Source: Callorhinchus milii (taxonomy: Eukaryota). From it: a stretch of 64,000 nucleotides of DNA. Each line of letters opens with the position of its first letter. The stretch's first letter is position 1. Shown here piece by piece: positions 27,801 to 42,800 of the stretch. The stretch is from the NCBI RefSeq assembly GCF_018977255.1, contig NW_024704743.1:42968001-43032000 (forward strand), in the 5' to 3' direction. The notes under the pieces were generated by a model that did not search any database, was not told where the DNA came from, and worked only from the letters and a program-made list of their open reading frames with translations. Made by a program: the position numbers and the translations under genes.

Positions 27801-30800
27801 CAAACCCTAGGATTTACTTTTTTTAGCCTAAATATCCTTCCCCACTCCAAAATCCCTTAGATCTCTCACATGCAACTGGTATAAATGTGATATTCATTGT
27901 CCGACATTATAAAAAGGCTAAAATGTTGCTGCTTCTATCCATTAATCACGAGGAACATTTTATTTGTTAATGAGGGTATTTCAAAGAAGTACCGCTAATC
28001 TTTGTTGTTGTTGCAGAATTCTGGTGTGGTCTGATCTCCAACAGCACCACAGTTCGGTGGCAGCCAGTTGGCACACCCTAACTAAAATCATTCTCTCCCC
28101 ATCCAAGAGAAACGCTGGACCCTCCACATGCATGACTCAGAATGGAAACAGAGAAGATTGGGGGAATTCTCACTGTTGACTCCTCCAAGTACTTCTTTTT
28201 TTAAAATGAGAGCAAACAAAATGTTCGTTGCTCCAGAACCCTATTTTATTAGCTTCTCTGATGCAGTGAGGATGAAGCAGATTCTTGCCAGACAGCTGGA
28301 TTATCTCTATACTATGGTCTGTGAGTGTGATAGAATCAGGAACCTAAAATATATATATTTTTAGCACCTTCTCACCTTTCCACAGAGGATGAGAGTAGGC
28401 CGAATATGATCAATATGTCTTGTTTTAATTAAGTTCAAATCATAATAATAAATAATAATACTTCGATATAGCGCCTTATCACGTTTTCGAGACATCTCAA
28501 AGTGCTTCACAGAATATAATAATAATAATAATCCTTGCATTTGATATAGCGCTTTTCACGTCGGGAGGACGTCCCAAAGCGCTTCACAGAACACACTGCA
28601 AAGTGAATTGATTGTATGTTTTGTGGGTGAATCGCGGCAGCGAATTGTGCACAGCAGCGTCCCACAAACTGTCGTGGATTGAGTGACCAAATTATTTTTT
28701 TATTATTATTATGTTGAAATATTACATATATTATATTACATCTTGAGCTTCGAATGGCTTAATTTACCATTGATTTTCACCAGGCCATTCAGAAATCTCA
28801 ACAAAAAAGCAGCAAAAATTCACTGATGTGAGGATAGGGCACTCCACTCAGCCCTGCTTTCAACAACTGGTGATTTAACTAAATACTCATTTCATACATC
28901 AAAGTCTATCTCTAACTATACAGCTGTTGATTCTGTTCCACCTCAAGGTAAAACATCAGCTATGTTATCACTGTGCAAATAAGGTTGTACTTGCCTGTAT
29001 TTAAGGAACAAACAAAACCAGTAGCAACAAAACAACCCGCCATCTGGCATCTTGATTAAATTGTGAGCTTTCCAGAACATATTAATTAAGTTCAAATTTC
29101 TCATCTCCAGATAAGAAACAATTGTGGTTGCATTCATTCAAGTTAATACGAATTGGAAAAGGCAGGCACCAAAATAAGTGATTTTAACCCTTTCGAACAT
29201 ACATCCTTTTCATATGACCCAGGTCCACATGCACAGCTACATTCAAACCAGTTATGATGATGTCCAGGCCCTCTTGATAACTCTGTGCTTAATGAAGTTG
29301 TGCATTTGTTCTATGATCCACAGGTTTGTTTGAAGTTACTGCATCACAATCAGATCTCAGATGCATTAATAATAATAATCCTTGCATTTGATATAGCACT
29401 TTTCACGTCTTCTAGACGTCTCAAAACACAGTCAACTCACTTTACAGTATATTCTGTAAAGTGAATTGACTATATTTATTGGCAAAAAACGGCAGCCAAT
29501 TGCGCACAGCAGTGTCCCACAGTCGTGGATTTGAAGTGATCAATCTTCTTTTATTATTGTTTTTTTTCTTGAGGTATTATTATCAGGCATGTGGAGTAAG
29601 GAAATTTGCCTAAGGTTTCACCCTACCGGGAACTGAACCCAGGTCTCTCGCTTGCGAGGCAAGCGCTCTAACCATTGAGCTACTTGTGTTAAAAGTAACT
29701 GGGTATGCATACTTTTGAGTGTGGCCCTCATTCCCTGTAGAACATTACCCATGCCCTGGGCCAATAGAAAAGTGCGACTGAAATGTTCCGCAGAATTTGC
29801 TATAAACAGCGCTCTCTGCTATAAAATGCTAATAAGTGAAGTTTCTGCCACCCGTGCCTCTTGCTGTTTATCTGATGGTACTGCGGGCAGGGCGGCTCTG
29901 GACTCGTATCCCCGGAAATGGGCTCAACTCCACTAGGAGCTCCGGCTGTTGAGATTGTCAGTGAGTGTCTCTCTCTCTATGCCAGAACCTATTAAAACAT
30001 TGGGAACTTTCTGCAGGTCTGTATACGATACCTACTCCTAAGTAGTCTTAGAGTTGGCATATGGATTCTGTGCAAGAGTAAGAGAATGTTGGGAATGCTT
30101 GCCAGGATACCATTTAACACCAGGTTAGCATTTAACTGTAGTAAAGTATACTAATCCATAAATCTCAAATACTGCAGTGTAAAACAAAAAGGGTTACTGC
30201 AGTTTAGTGCCACAAGGTCTCATGTAATATTCCAGCACAACCATAAAAATCGAACGAGATTTCTTTGTCTTAGTTTTAAGAAATATTGACAACAATAATA
30301 TTCCTTGCATTTGATTTAGCGCCTTATCACGTCATTGAGACGTCTCAAAGGGTTTCACAGGATATACTGTAAAGCGGATTGATTGTTTATTTTGTGGGTG
30401 AAATGCAGCAGCCAGTTACACCAGTAGTGTTCCACAAAGAACCATGGAGTGAGTGACCAATTTTATTTTGGGGGACTGTTGGTCAGGACACCGGGAGAAA
30501 CTCCCAGCTTTTTTTGAATAGTGTCACAGGACCTTTAACATCCACCTGAAAAGGTAGATGGGACCTTAGGACAGCATCTGTGACAAAATGCACTTATAAT
30601 TTTACAGCATTGCAAAAAAGATCATCTTAGTTCTCCAATGATGCAACTCTTGCCCCTCCTTCCCTTGAATTTACTTACGTAAAGGGGCTAAACAAAAAGG
30701 ACAGAGTGGTCTCTTTTTTCTGTTGCATTTTTATCTGAAAAATAGAAAATTAAAATATCTTCAGATCACAAAAAATTATAATCTGAACATTAAATCATAG

Positions 30801-33800
30801 ATCTCTTAAACACCTTCACATTTCAATAAATTATCATCGACAACTTTTACAGAGCCTTAGGGATTTTCCAGTAAGCTTTTTCACTCCCAGCACCTCCCTA
30901 GCTCTCTGACCTCCTCACTCCCCAATCCACCAATTGACGCCTCTGCTTGACTGGCACCGGCCTCCTGCTCGTCCCTCGCACTCTCCATCAGAGGTCGCGC
31001 TTTCTGCCACTACTCCCCGAAACTCTGGAACACTCTCTCTCAATCCCTCGACCTTGCCCTCTCTCTTCCCTTTTTCAAGTTCCACCTGAAAACCTTCCTT
31101 TTTGACTGTGCTTACGACCACCTCCCCACCCCGACTCGAAGTCAGGCTCTGCCACTGTTAAGCACTCTGAGACATTACCCTGCATGGAGGGTGCTATATA
31201 AGTGCAAGTTGTTGTTGCTGTTGTTTTCGTCCATTCTCCCTTCACTATTTACAATTTTAAATGTTATTTTCCCTTAGTCCTTTATTTTAACCATTTGAAA
31301 CCAAAATCTTATTCAGTGTTCTGCATCTGTTCTGTCCTCCATTCTATAGCAAAACCCCATAGAAATCAGACAATAGAGCTTTGGCTTTAAAACATTCATG
31401 AGATTGAATATTAAAGTTTCACCTGGGCGGCTCTTTGGTACCTTTCAAGTCAATCTAAATCACCCATTGAGTTAACTAAATCGGAAGTGCGACAGAGTGA
31501 ATATGCCAAAATGAGTATCCCAGCACCATTGCCTTGGAACTAATAATAGGAAGCAAGTTAAATGCTAAATTATGCAGACTCAATTAATAATGAGAACCTA
31601 TAAGAAATGAAAGTCAATTAAATTGCTCAAAGAAGTGTTAAGGTTGAATCCTGATTTAGTAGCGTGCAGAAGGTATGACAGAGCTACAAATGACTGTTTG
31701 GAAAATGAAGAAGAATGATTTAATTCTGAACGAGGTTGATTAGCTAGATGGCTGTATTACTGGTCTTATGTTCTTTAAAGAGCCCTCAACATCAGAATTT
31801 ACTTTACTATCAAGACTACTTTTAAAAAATAATAAATTAAACTGTTACAAAGAGTTCTAATTAATAGTAAGATTATTTGTTTCAGCTAAGGTTTAATATT
31901 TTTATTTAAACATTTGGTGCACATCATCACAGTACAGCCTTAAGATTTTACTAAAGTCTGACATTAAAGGAGAAAAGACTAGGTTTTGTTCATTTGCTTG
32001 GTCCACAGAGAGAGAGGCTTTACGGAACAAATGACCTTCAGGAGGACCTGTGCATTATCAGAGGGAATGAGAATGTCCTGAATGACCAGAATAACCTTTT
32101 CTCATTTATTCATTGCACAATCCACATTCATATTCAAAATCTAGTAGCAGTGAATTGACCGTTAGTGCAGTTCCGAGGGAGTTAGAGGAGATGGTAAACT
32201 GTGGAACCATCTTTCTTTTCTTTAAATGGACATTAAAAATGGCACGCACAAAATCCCATGACACAATGTAAAAAGTTTCTAGTGCTATTCTGGTCAACAA
32301 TCCTCCAGATAAATTGGTAATTTACCTCATGATTGTATGTGGGACTTTCCTGTCTGCAAAATGTTTGCTGCATTTGCCTACAAAATAGAAAGCCACTACA
32401 AGTAGGACTAATTATTGTAAAGCTCTTTAAGACGTTTCAACATTACAGGGACTTTGAAAATGCAACTTCTTTATTTCTCACTTCAATATGATTTCACAAC
32501 CTTGTGAGTTACTTGAATTTTGGATTGATCCAGTACTTCATGTCTTGTCAGTTTTGTCTTGTCATAGTGTCCCAGAAACAAGCAAGTAACCATTTAACAA
32601 ACTTTGTGGCAATTTAAATGGAGTATTGACGTCATGGACGGATTGGGGAAAACAGATCCATAAAGGGAAGGAGAAAGATTAAATCAAATAGAAAATACAT
32701 GTATTTGAAATAACATTTATACATTTTTAATTGATCATTTCAAATCCTTGTTCATTATACAAAAAAAAGTCATACCGTAAATTGTTCCAATATCTGCATG
32801 GCATTTGCTAGCATGCTCTCAGCTATGAAGAGGTCACTGCTGTTTAAATACTCCCAAGGTAAAATGCCCTGTCAAACAAAATATAATATTTAATCCGAAA
32901 TTCCCGGGGCAAAATATTTGGAAATGCTGCTGAAAAATAAATACAAGTTCAAATCCATGTAAAGAACTGTGGATCTATAGCACTACACTGCAGTCGTCAC
33001 GTCTTCCAAGAATTGCTGGGAATACCGCAGGGAATATGTAATAGTTTATGTGTTAAAGATGCAACAACATGTCATTCACTGATAAATATGAAGTGCTCTC
33101 ACAAAAAATAGATGAAGAGGGAAGGCGAGGAAGCAATATACAGCTGAGAAATTTATTTTCAACCCCTAACTCTCATGAAATAAACAAGATGAAAAAAAAG
33201 TAGTAGCTTACCACAGAATTCAGAGGGTATGAAGTTCCTATTAAAGCAGCCATCAGTGGAGCTATATCAGCCTGTGTTTTGCAAAATAGAAAAGGACAAT
33301 GGCAAAAATTTGTAATGATCATAAATAAGAAGAATAAGAGCTTCAAATGAACATACATTTTGCATTCCAAATACAAGTATTCCACATTCAACTGTTCAAG
33401 AGAAGCATTAGCACAGACTGAAAACACAGTTCTTGTCAAAGCTTTCAATCATGGAATTAACTTTGGTATTTCAAATGGGCTCAGGAGGTAGCATTAACGG
33501 CATTAGGTCAGTTGACAGAAGATTTAAGCCGCACATGAGGATTCACGATCTGGACTAACACTTCAATGGAGTGCTGACTTGCTGGAGGTATCATCCTTCA
33601 GCTATAGAATCACTGTTGTCTGTACAGTTTGCCTGTTCCGGTGGGCACTATTTGAAAAGAGGAGGGAGTTTCTCCAAGTGTTCTGGCTAACAATCCCTCA
33701 AATAAAATTGGTCGTTCACTTCATGGCTGTTTGTGGGACACTGCTGTGCTCAAATTGGCTGCCACAATTGCCTACAAGTGCAGTAAATCACCTGAAGCTT

Positions 33801-36800
33801 TTTGAGATGTCCTCCTGATGTGAAAAGTGCTATAACAAATGCATTATTATATTATTATTATGATTATTAATAATGCAGCTCAAAATAACTCACTGCTTTT
33901 AGCGATTTTACAATGAAAAAGTACTTTTTTTTAGGTCAGTCGGGTGTCTGGCACATGCGGAAACCGAACTCTATTCTTAAGAGTATCCAAACAAAGCTGA
34001 GATTTCCATGTATCCCACCTACACATTGAAATCCCAGACATAGATTGTTGGAATGGAATGCGCACTCTGTCCCTGGAGGAACGCTTCCCGCTTACCTAAT
34101 TCCAGAAAGTATTAGGCGCAGATTGGGAAGAGCTAAGGCTATATTAAATGCAAGATGCCTTGAATATTGAGAGAGAGAAAATAACATGCAAACGTGGTAT
34201 AAAAGGGAAATTTAAAGCTTTAAGATCTATTATATCTACAAAATTATATAGAAATCTATAAACCTAAATTATTTCAAAAGACTGCATTGGGGAGTTGCAT
34301 TAACAACATTACACAAACTACCTACAAAATGAAACTATTTAAGAATTCCTAACATTAAAGCAACTTCTTTGGGGAACTGTAACAACTTTTGAAATGCTGC
34401 TTTAGAAAAGGAATTATGCTTCAAAAGTCCTAATTGTGGGTCTTCTATGCAAATCACAAGGCCATAAGGCCTAAAAATGGAATCTCAGCATGCAATTTTG
34501 TATTAATTAGTTTCAGAAAATGGTGAACGTGGAGTTAAAGTAAACACCAGATAAAACCTAACAATCCATGTATTGCATTAAGGCTCATGCAGAAATGTCT
34601 TGTAACCATATAAGTTGGGGAAGCTGCATGTTCATCACCACAGAGAAACACACATACACAACAGCAGCATGGTTGGCTAAAACAAGAACACTACATTGAA
34701 ACAGAGTCATAAATAACGTAGTTTGCATAGAAAAGACACAATCGCTACACATTACAGTATATTCTGTGAAGCTCTCTGAGATGTCCACCCCTCATGAAAT
34801 ACACCATAACAAATGCAAGGAATATTGCAAGAGTAAGCCATCTGGATTACCCAATAAACATTTTGTCCACAAAGTATATTGTCAATTCACGTTACAGTAT
34901 ATTCTGTGAAGTGCTTTGAGGCGTCTCGAAGATGTGATAAGGTGCAATATCAAATGCAAGGATTATTGTTCCTATAACATATCCTTCATCATCTCATAAC
35001 TCTTACATTTCCAGAATCTTTCCATTTTGAAACCCTTCAGTTTCTTCAACATAAGACATCTATGCATTTATTGATAACATAAACTTTGGTTAGGTGAATG
35101 ATCACTTAATTTGCTTTATTTAGCATTTGGCTGATGGAGGAATATTGGTCAGATGAAACACTGTGTTCTTCATGCTTTGTTGGTTAATCATAGGAAATCT
35201 GGAACCCACAAAACCTACAGTCCACCTGACTGGCCCTAAAGTTTTAATATATCATATATATTCTTAAGAAATAAATAAGATAATACTAAATATTCCAACT
35301 ACTTTATCTTCATAACTTTCAAATTAATTTTTCAGCAAATGTCTGATTTGTTCTCGTATCTGTTGAACAATTTGCGTCCACTGCCTCCTAAATAGAGGTT
35401 TCCATGTATTCCAACAGTTTCTGTGAAAAATAGTTAAACCTCAATTTGTTTGCTTGCCTTCTCTTGCGATCTTGAGCTCATGACCCCTTGTTTGGATTGT
35501 TGCGCACGTTAAACGTATTATAGTGCAGCACTTCACGTTATAATGCACCTCACAACAGCACAAACTCATGTATACCACGACTGCACTGTGTACACCATAA
35601 CGACTAATCATCCGTGCAGTCGATCCTGCTCCATGCATAGGAGGTTTAGCAATAATGCTTCCTGCTTTTTTGCACATGTTCTATACAATTTATTATGTTG
35701 GAGGCGATCTAATAAACTGGAAGTCAGCTATGCTAGTTTCTAACACTAAAAAGGCCAACTTCCAGGTCATCAGATTGCTGCCAACATCATTTCCTGCTTT
35801 GCTCATACGCAGGCTGATGGCCTGAAAGACAGCTATTTATTCTTTAAGGCTAGTGCACAGGGAAGCTGCTTTTTATTGCGCTGATTGAAATATCGACCAA
35901 AGTACTATAAACAGCTGATTGTCAAAGTAAGCAGGGCCTCCTTGCCATTAAGGAGATGAGCAATGCATCTCCTACCCTTCAAAATATGAAAAAGGCTAAA
36001 TCCTTGATTCTAAAATGTGATTTTGTTTATTATAAATATTCACCGTATTAGTTGCCTGTCTCTGATCTTTAACTCAATTTTCGCGTGATTGAAGTACCAG
36101 AAGTAATTGATCTAACTTCTCTTTGACAGTCTACCATGCATTCCTGTTATTTTCTATTTATATTTCCGGCTTCAATCATCTATGGCTTTTTAATCTTCAT
36201 TTATCCATTTCAGATAGATACAGTAGTCATTTTATATACAGATTACCAGCCTCAGATTTGATATTGTGTGCAATGATTCGTAAGTGTTTCATGATTGCTA
36301 AGATTTGGCAAGAAAAACATTTGTTTTGTTTAGATGCTGGTCAGCAGCAAGGATCATTATAAATTGTGTAATAAAGTGTACATTTTAACTAGAGCACAGT
36401 CGGAGAATTAATTAACTCTGGATGCATGCAGACAGTTAAAAATGCCAAATGATCTCCCCCGAGGCTTTATTATAAGGGAGCACCATGAATCATAACGTTA
36501 ATATCAAATCCAATGTAAAACAAAATACAGAATAAGCTAACTGTTTTACCTGATTTACATCTAATCTCTTCCAGTCATTTAGTTTCCATTCTGAAAGAAG
36601 ACAACAGAGCACATATATGGGGTAAAAATAATTTTACAAAGTTAAATTAAAATAAAGTTAAAATTAACCTTTAGCTGCTCGACTGTACCAGATAGTAAAA
36701 TTCTGTCAGATAACAACAACAAGATTACATTTGTATAGCGCCTTTCACATTGGGGGGACGTCTCAAGGCGCTGGACAGTGTACAGCATTTCAGACCCGAG

Positions 36801-39800
36801 CTGGGGTCAGGGGGGAGAAGGGAGGGGACGGGAAGGGGGGTGACCAAGTCTCAAAGTGCTTCACAGGATATACTGAAAAGTGTTGTGACTATATATTTTG
36901 TGGCTGAAACACAACAACCAGTTTGCGCACAGAAATGTCCCATTTATAGCCATGGAGTGAGTGAAAAATTATATCTGGGCGACTATTGGCCAGGAAACCG
37001 GGAGAAACTCCATTTTTTTTGAACAGTCCCGTGGGATTTTTAACGTCCATCTGAACAGGCAGAGAGGACCTCTCATCCAAAGGACGGCACATCCAATAAT
37101 GCCGTCCCAGCACTGCATTAGAGTGGCATCTTAGACAATGTGAGCTTAGACTGAACAGATAATGTTCACAAAATGAAGCATGTAGATAGCAGCTTCCTGG
37201 GCACTAAATCCAAGCCACTGGATGACCCAGTTAAGTAATGTAAATAGAAACACTTGTTAGTAATACTGAATTATTGAGTACATCAACTGATTTTTTTCCT
37301 CAGAACACATCATTGTCTTCACAACAGTATAGGAGCAATGAACATCAATGTTTATATCAAATTGGCACAGTGGCTACCAGGAATGCAAGGCTGCCTGCAC
37401 TAGCCTTTTTACATTAAAAAAACATGTTCAGCTCACACACTGGGATGGTGATTCAAACGCTATGGTTACAGAAACGTTATCATTATAATTTAACCACATA
37501 CAACTAAAATAAACATTTAAAAACATTTTAAATTGAAATCATTTAAAAATCTTCAATGTAATTTAACTAATTTTCCAATGATCTTTAACTCAATTTATGG
37601 TGCTGCCAGCAATAATTCATCTAACTTCTCAATTACCCAGCCTCTCTTTCCTCCATTCTCTCCGGTTGCAGGCAACTAATAATAATTTAAGACTTACCTC
37701 TTTGACCGCATTTTCGGTCATCTTTCTTCCCCCAACCTACCCAGCTTGGGTAACCAGCAGCTGTGTAAAGCCGTTTGAGCTATCCTGCTGACATCAAAGG
37801 CCCTATATAAATTGTATATCTGCATAACTTTGCTTTAAGCAATCTGATTACGTCTCCTTCCCCTCTCTCAAGCTCATTCTTCTGCCACAACTAATCTTGC
37901 TATGATAGGGTGATTTGTTCCCAGGCCATTCTTAATTCTGTTCAGGAACTTGACATAGTTAGACAAGAGTAGTCCAGAGTAAGATGTAATTTTACCTCAT
38001 CTAAATTCTACTTATTCTTCTAGTGTAATCACCCAATAATATGGGAACTTTCTGTGAAATGATAACTAATATGTTGGCTCACAAGAGTAGAAACATGCAT
38101 TTATAATTTCAGATCAGCTGAATATCTCAAAGAGCTTAAAATATATGATCGAGAGAAAGGAGGGAAAATAAAGGTGTTGATCAACAGCAGGCTCAAGGTG
38201 ATATGTTTCTTAAAATAGGAAGAAGAAGCAAAACAACGAGATTCATAGATTTGACCCTCAGAATTCCAACTGTAGCGCATCGTAAATTTGAAATGTTTAA
38301 CTTCCATCCGAATGCCAATAAAAACAATCTCCTACATTTACCAGGTAAATATCAACACTTTGTCTTTATAATTATAATAACGATCCTTGCATTTGATATA
38401 GTGCCTTAGCACGTCTTCGGGAAGTCTCAAAGCACTTCACAGAATATACTGGAAAGTAAAACAACTGTATATTTTTTGGGCCAAACATGACATGTAGGAT
38501 AACATTTCAGAGCCTTTACTGGGATAGGGATGCATGCTGAGCAAGGAAATGAAGGGAGGGGGCGACAACCCTAGGTGTGTTTAAAAAGGCAATATTTGAG
38601 GCAGGACTTAAAGACAGGAGCCAAGACAGAATGGTAGTGATAGAGGGAGGGAATTCCAGCGGTTAGGGCATAAGAAGACTCGACCACCAATGCTGGCGCA
38701 GAGAGGGTGGGGACATAGAGGTTCAATTAATTTGTAATTGTAATAATCATAAATTATTGTAATTCAGGTTTATAAATGGGAATCTCCAATACAAAACCAC
38801 TTTAGGAAGGAGGTTGCAGAAGAGATTTACTAAAATACCAGGGATGAGGGGTTTGGCCTATGAGCAGAGACTGAAGGAACTGTGACCTTTCCAACTGGAA
38901 AAAAAAAGCTGAGGAGTGATCTGATAGACGCCTTTAAAATTATGGGGTGTAATTATTTCCACTGGTCGATGGATCAGTAACTAGAGGACATCAATTAAGA
39001 TATATTAAGATATTTTGCCCACAAATATATAGTCAATTCACTTTACAGCATATTCTGTGAAGCGCTTTGAGACGTCTAGAAGACGTGAAAAATGCTATAA
39101 CAAATACAAGGATTATTATTATTAGTAGTAGTATATATAGTAGTTAGCAAACAAGAGAAATAAGTTAGGACAATTTTTTTTATGCGTGGTGTAGTTAGGA
39201 TACAAAATGTCCTGTCGGGAGCAGTGGCCTTGTTCAGCGCTGTAAATTTCTATGGTTCCATGGCTCAGTAAGAAAAGGATGAGATGCACAAATCTCCTCT
39301 GTAGCCACCAAAGACAAGAATTTCCTGATAGCTAAAGAAATACATTTGCTATCAATTCCATTACCTAGTCCCACAGCACACCTTTCTTTCTAGAAACAAT
39401 TTACTGGAGTTTCGTAAACTACTTGCAGTAATAAATTGTTTAGCATGAATTTATGCCAAACTTATGAGATAATATGTTATCGGTAACTGGTACCATTCAA
39501 GCTGCAAATTAACTGTACCTTTTTTGGTGTTCACTTTTAAACCATCAATATTAAACACTGCTTACAGTACCTTGCAAAAAATCATCTGGAAACTGCTGGC
39601 CTGAACCTGGTCGTGGTCCATTTACTCCGGCTCCCCACGCAACCAATGGAGTTAGTGTTTCTGAGGGATGGCCTGCACCATGGGAACCTACAGCATCAGA
39701 TAAATAAATAGATCACTGTACAGATTTGATGTGATGCAATGCACAGAATGACTCTAACTCAAAAGAAAAGACAAAAAAAAGTAAATTTTGCTTTGTGTAC

Positions 39801-42800
39801 TTTTGAATTTGAACATAAAACTTGGATTTTATTTGTCTATTGAGTAGAACAGTTCATTTAGGGTGAATAGCTCACTAGTGACATCATGCTGTGAACATGT
39901 AAATGACCAGAAGTTCTGGAAACAAAGAGGATAGTTTTTCACGTTAGTGAAGAGCATATAACACATCAGCCCTGATAAGATAATCTGTGTTTTTTCTATG
40001 GAAATGTAGCTTTGGTTATAACATCATTAAAAAGCTATGAAACACAGCACATGTTGACTTTTAAATATTATTTCCCATGTATCAATCTTACAGGCAATAC
40101 ATCTATGAGTGATACAAACAGAAACAAAACTATAATTAAATTACTAAAATGCATCTGTTATATGTAAAATGTAGATATGCTCTTCATCAGTTTAATCCAC
40201 CAAGGAATACGACAATATTATATATTAAAGGGTACTTTATTTTGATAGCAGTGAACCTTAAAACATGACTCTATTTAATTGTAATATTCTGTTTTACCAC
40301 TTGCAAGTGGATATTTCAATCCATGAAAGATACAATAACAAAATTACATTTATAGAGCACCTTTCACGTCGGGAGGACATCCTAAAGTGCTGAACAGTCA
40401 GGTGTTGGGGCCCGAGCTTGGGGGAGGGGTGGTGTAGCGGTGAGGGAAGGCAGAGAGGTGGGAGGGAGACCAAAGGCACGGTCGAAGAGAAGGGTCTTGA
40501 GACCGGCCTTGAAGGAGGCAAGGGAGGAAGCTGGGTGATGCTGACATAACTTCCTGTATGCTGCGCATGTGCACAAATCACAAAAAGCCCCATTTACATC
40601 ACTTCTTTTGCAAAGTGGCATCAATGGCACTTCTTGCACATAGGAAGCTGAACACCATGCACTGATAATGCAGACAGTTGGCTGGTCAGCACCAGAAGCA
40701 AAGTGTTTCAGTCCACAGATACCAGTGCTATGGTTAAGACAACGATAGACCAAGAGAGAAGTTATAATGGGATTCTCTCTATTTTCACCTCTCTCAGTTT
40801 TCTCTCAATTTGTAACATTATTGTATAAAGGCACTTCAATTTTTTTATGAAAATTGGACCAGGTCAAAGTTATTGAATACCCTTAATAAGGGGACCCTTA
40901 ATAAAAAAAAATTATATAGCATCTTATCAAATCAGAATACCTCAAAGAGCTTCTGTTTTTCTGTGAAGTGTTTTGACTGTGTAGTTGTAAACAATTTCCT
41001 TTTAGCAATATAAAAAAAATTAAATACTAACATAGCCATACAATTTGCAAAATACTGAAAAAATCTATGTGCAGTCTAAATGGGATCATTAGAGAAACTA
41101 AAAAAGCTCCTACCCCAATCTGTCATTCCATGATCAGAAGTAAAAATAAAGGCAGTTTTCCCATCATTTCCGTAGAAGTTTTCAATGATGGACACCACTT
41201 TCTGGATACCTGCATCAACTATTCGGACATTCTCCTTGTACTCGCTGTGTACAGGGTGAGGAAAATAATACTGCATTAAATATATAACTCAGCTAAAACA
41301 TGCTGCAGTGCCTCATCAGTTTAATAAACTCCTTTCAGCAATAACACGTCTAAGTTAGTTTAGTTAAATTTTGCTTGAGTAAATTTATCAGATTTTATTG
41401 TTCAGTTTATCAAAATGCAAAAAATATAGTTATACATTCTTATGTTGAATAAAACATGAAGTACAAGAATAAAGTTCTTTTTCATAAGCTAGTAAATAAA
41501 GCCACCTTTGAAGTTGTACATTAGTGTACACGGACCAGATGATGGGAGCAGTTAAAATACTCTCTTTTCAACCTCTGGGTCCTGGGCATCAGTCCAACTA
41601 AGACAGATGGGATGCAAGTGTGCTGTTGAGAGTCCTAAATGAAATTAGTCTCGACAGTCTCAAACCTGCTCCAAGCCTAAAATTTGGCTAATTGTCCAAT
41701 CTCTCAGAGAAACCAGAATAATATTTAGCATAGAAAATTATTTAAAGTCACAATGCAGCCATAAAGGGCTACTTTCTGAGCTTCGACTCATATTACCTGA
41801 CATGGGTGCACTGAGGAAAATATGCTGTTGATGGCATTATAATGCTTGAATATTTTTCCATTAGTTATACATTTAATTCCAAACAGCCCTGTAGAAGGGC
41901 TATGCCAAGTATCAATTAAAGCAATACAGATCATGCAAGACCCCAACTTGAGCTTGGTTTCTGATATATTACCGATGTCAGCAAGAATGGCAGAAGGGAC
42001 ACAACAATTGACTTCAGTGCCTCTCGGCTAAGGAAGGGTAAAAATAAAATGTAACCATAGTTACTATATTGTCTGGTGACCCAGGCTGGAAAGTGAGGAT
42101 CTTAGTTGATGACATGCGATTCTCTCCTATCCCCACTGTCAAATTACATATCACCCACTATCATAGGAGCATAGCAAGAGGAGGAGGCCTTCGAGCCTGT
42201 TCCGCCATTTAATTAAATCATGGCTGATCTGAACCTCAACTAATCCTTTCAATTCCTATCTGGTTCCACACCTGATAAACATCCACTTTGGGTGAACTTT
42301 CAACAAGTGTCCATTGTTGTGTAACAGTTCCCAACATGAGTTTGCATGTTCTGGAGATAAAGTGGAGACATGGAGAGTGCTCGGAAGAGAGAAAACCTAG
42401 CCTACTCACAATTACAATAAATTCTAATAAAGTGCTCCACAAACTAATCAGTGATATAAACATCTGAGTCCTGTAATAGATGAAACTGGATCCAGTTAAG
42501 TAAAATCTTCATTGACAAGCGTTTTCCCCCAAAAAATAACTAGATTGTTTTTTACATGAACTGTTGTCCAAATAAGTTATGATCTCCAGATCCTAGAATT
42601 ATTTTATGCATTCCCTACAATGTGTTAACAACTGGCAGGATTGCACTGCTGGTTCCTATTTCAAGTAGCCTGTTGTTAAAAATCAATACTTCAATGATTT
42701 TGACTGGGTCTGCTATTTTTTTAAAAAAAGCATAAAATGTTTGCTTAGATTAAAACGTGTGCCACTTATTTTTAAAATATTAAAGCATGGTAGCATAGCT

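Noticed and set aside
29620..29685. tRNA-like sequence (also 16671-16740, 16865-16935)
   Set aside because: SINE heads; no complete cloverleaf and continuous with the SINE body.
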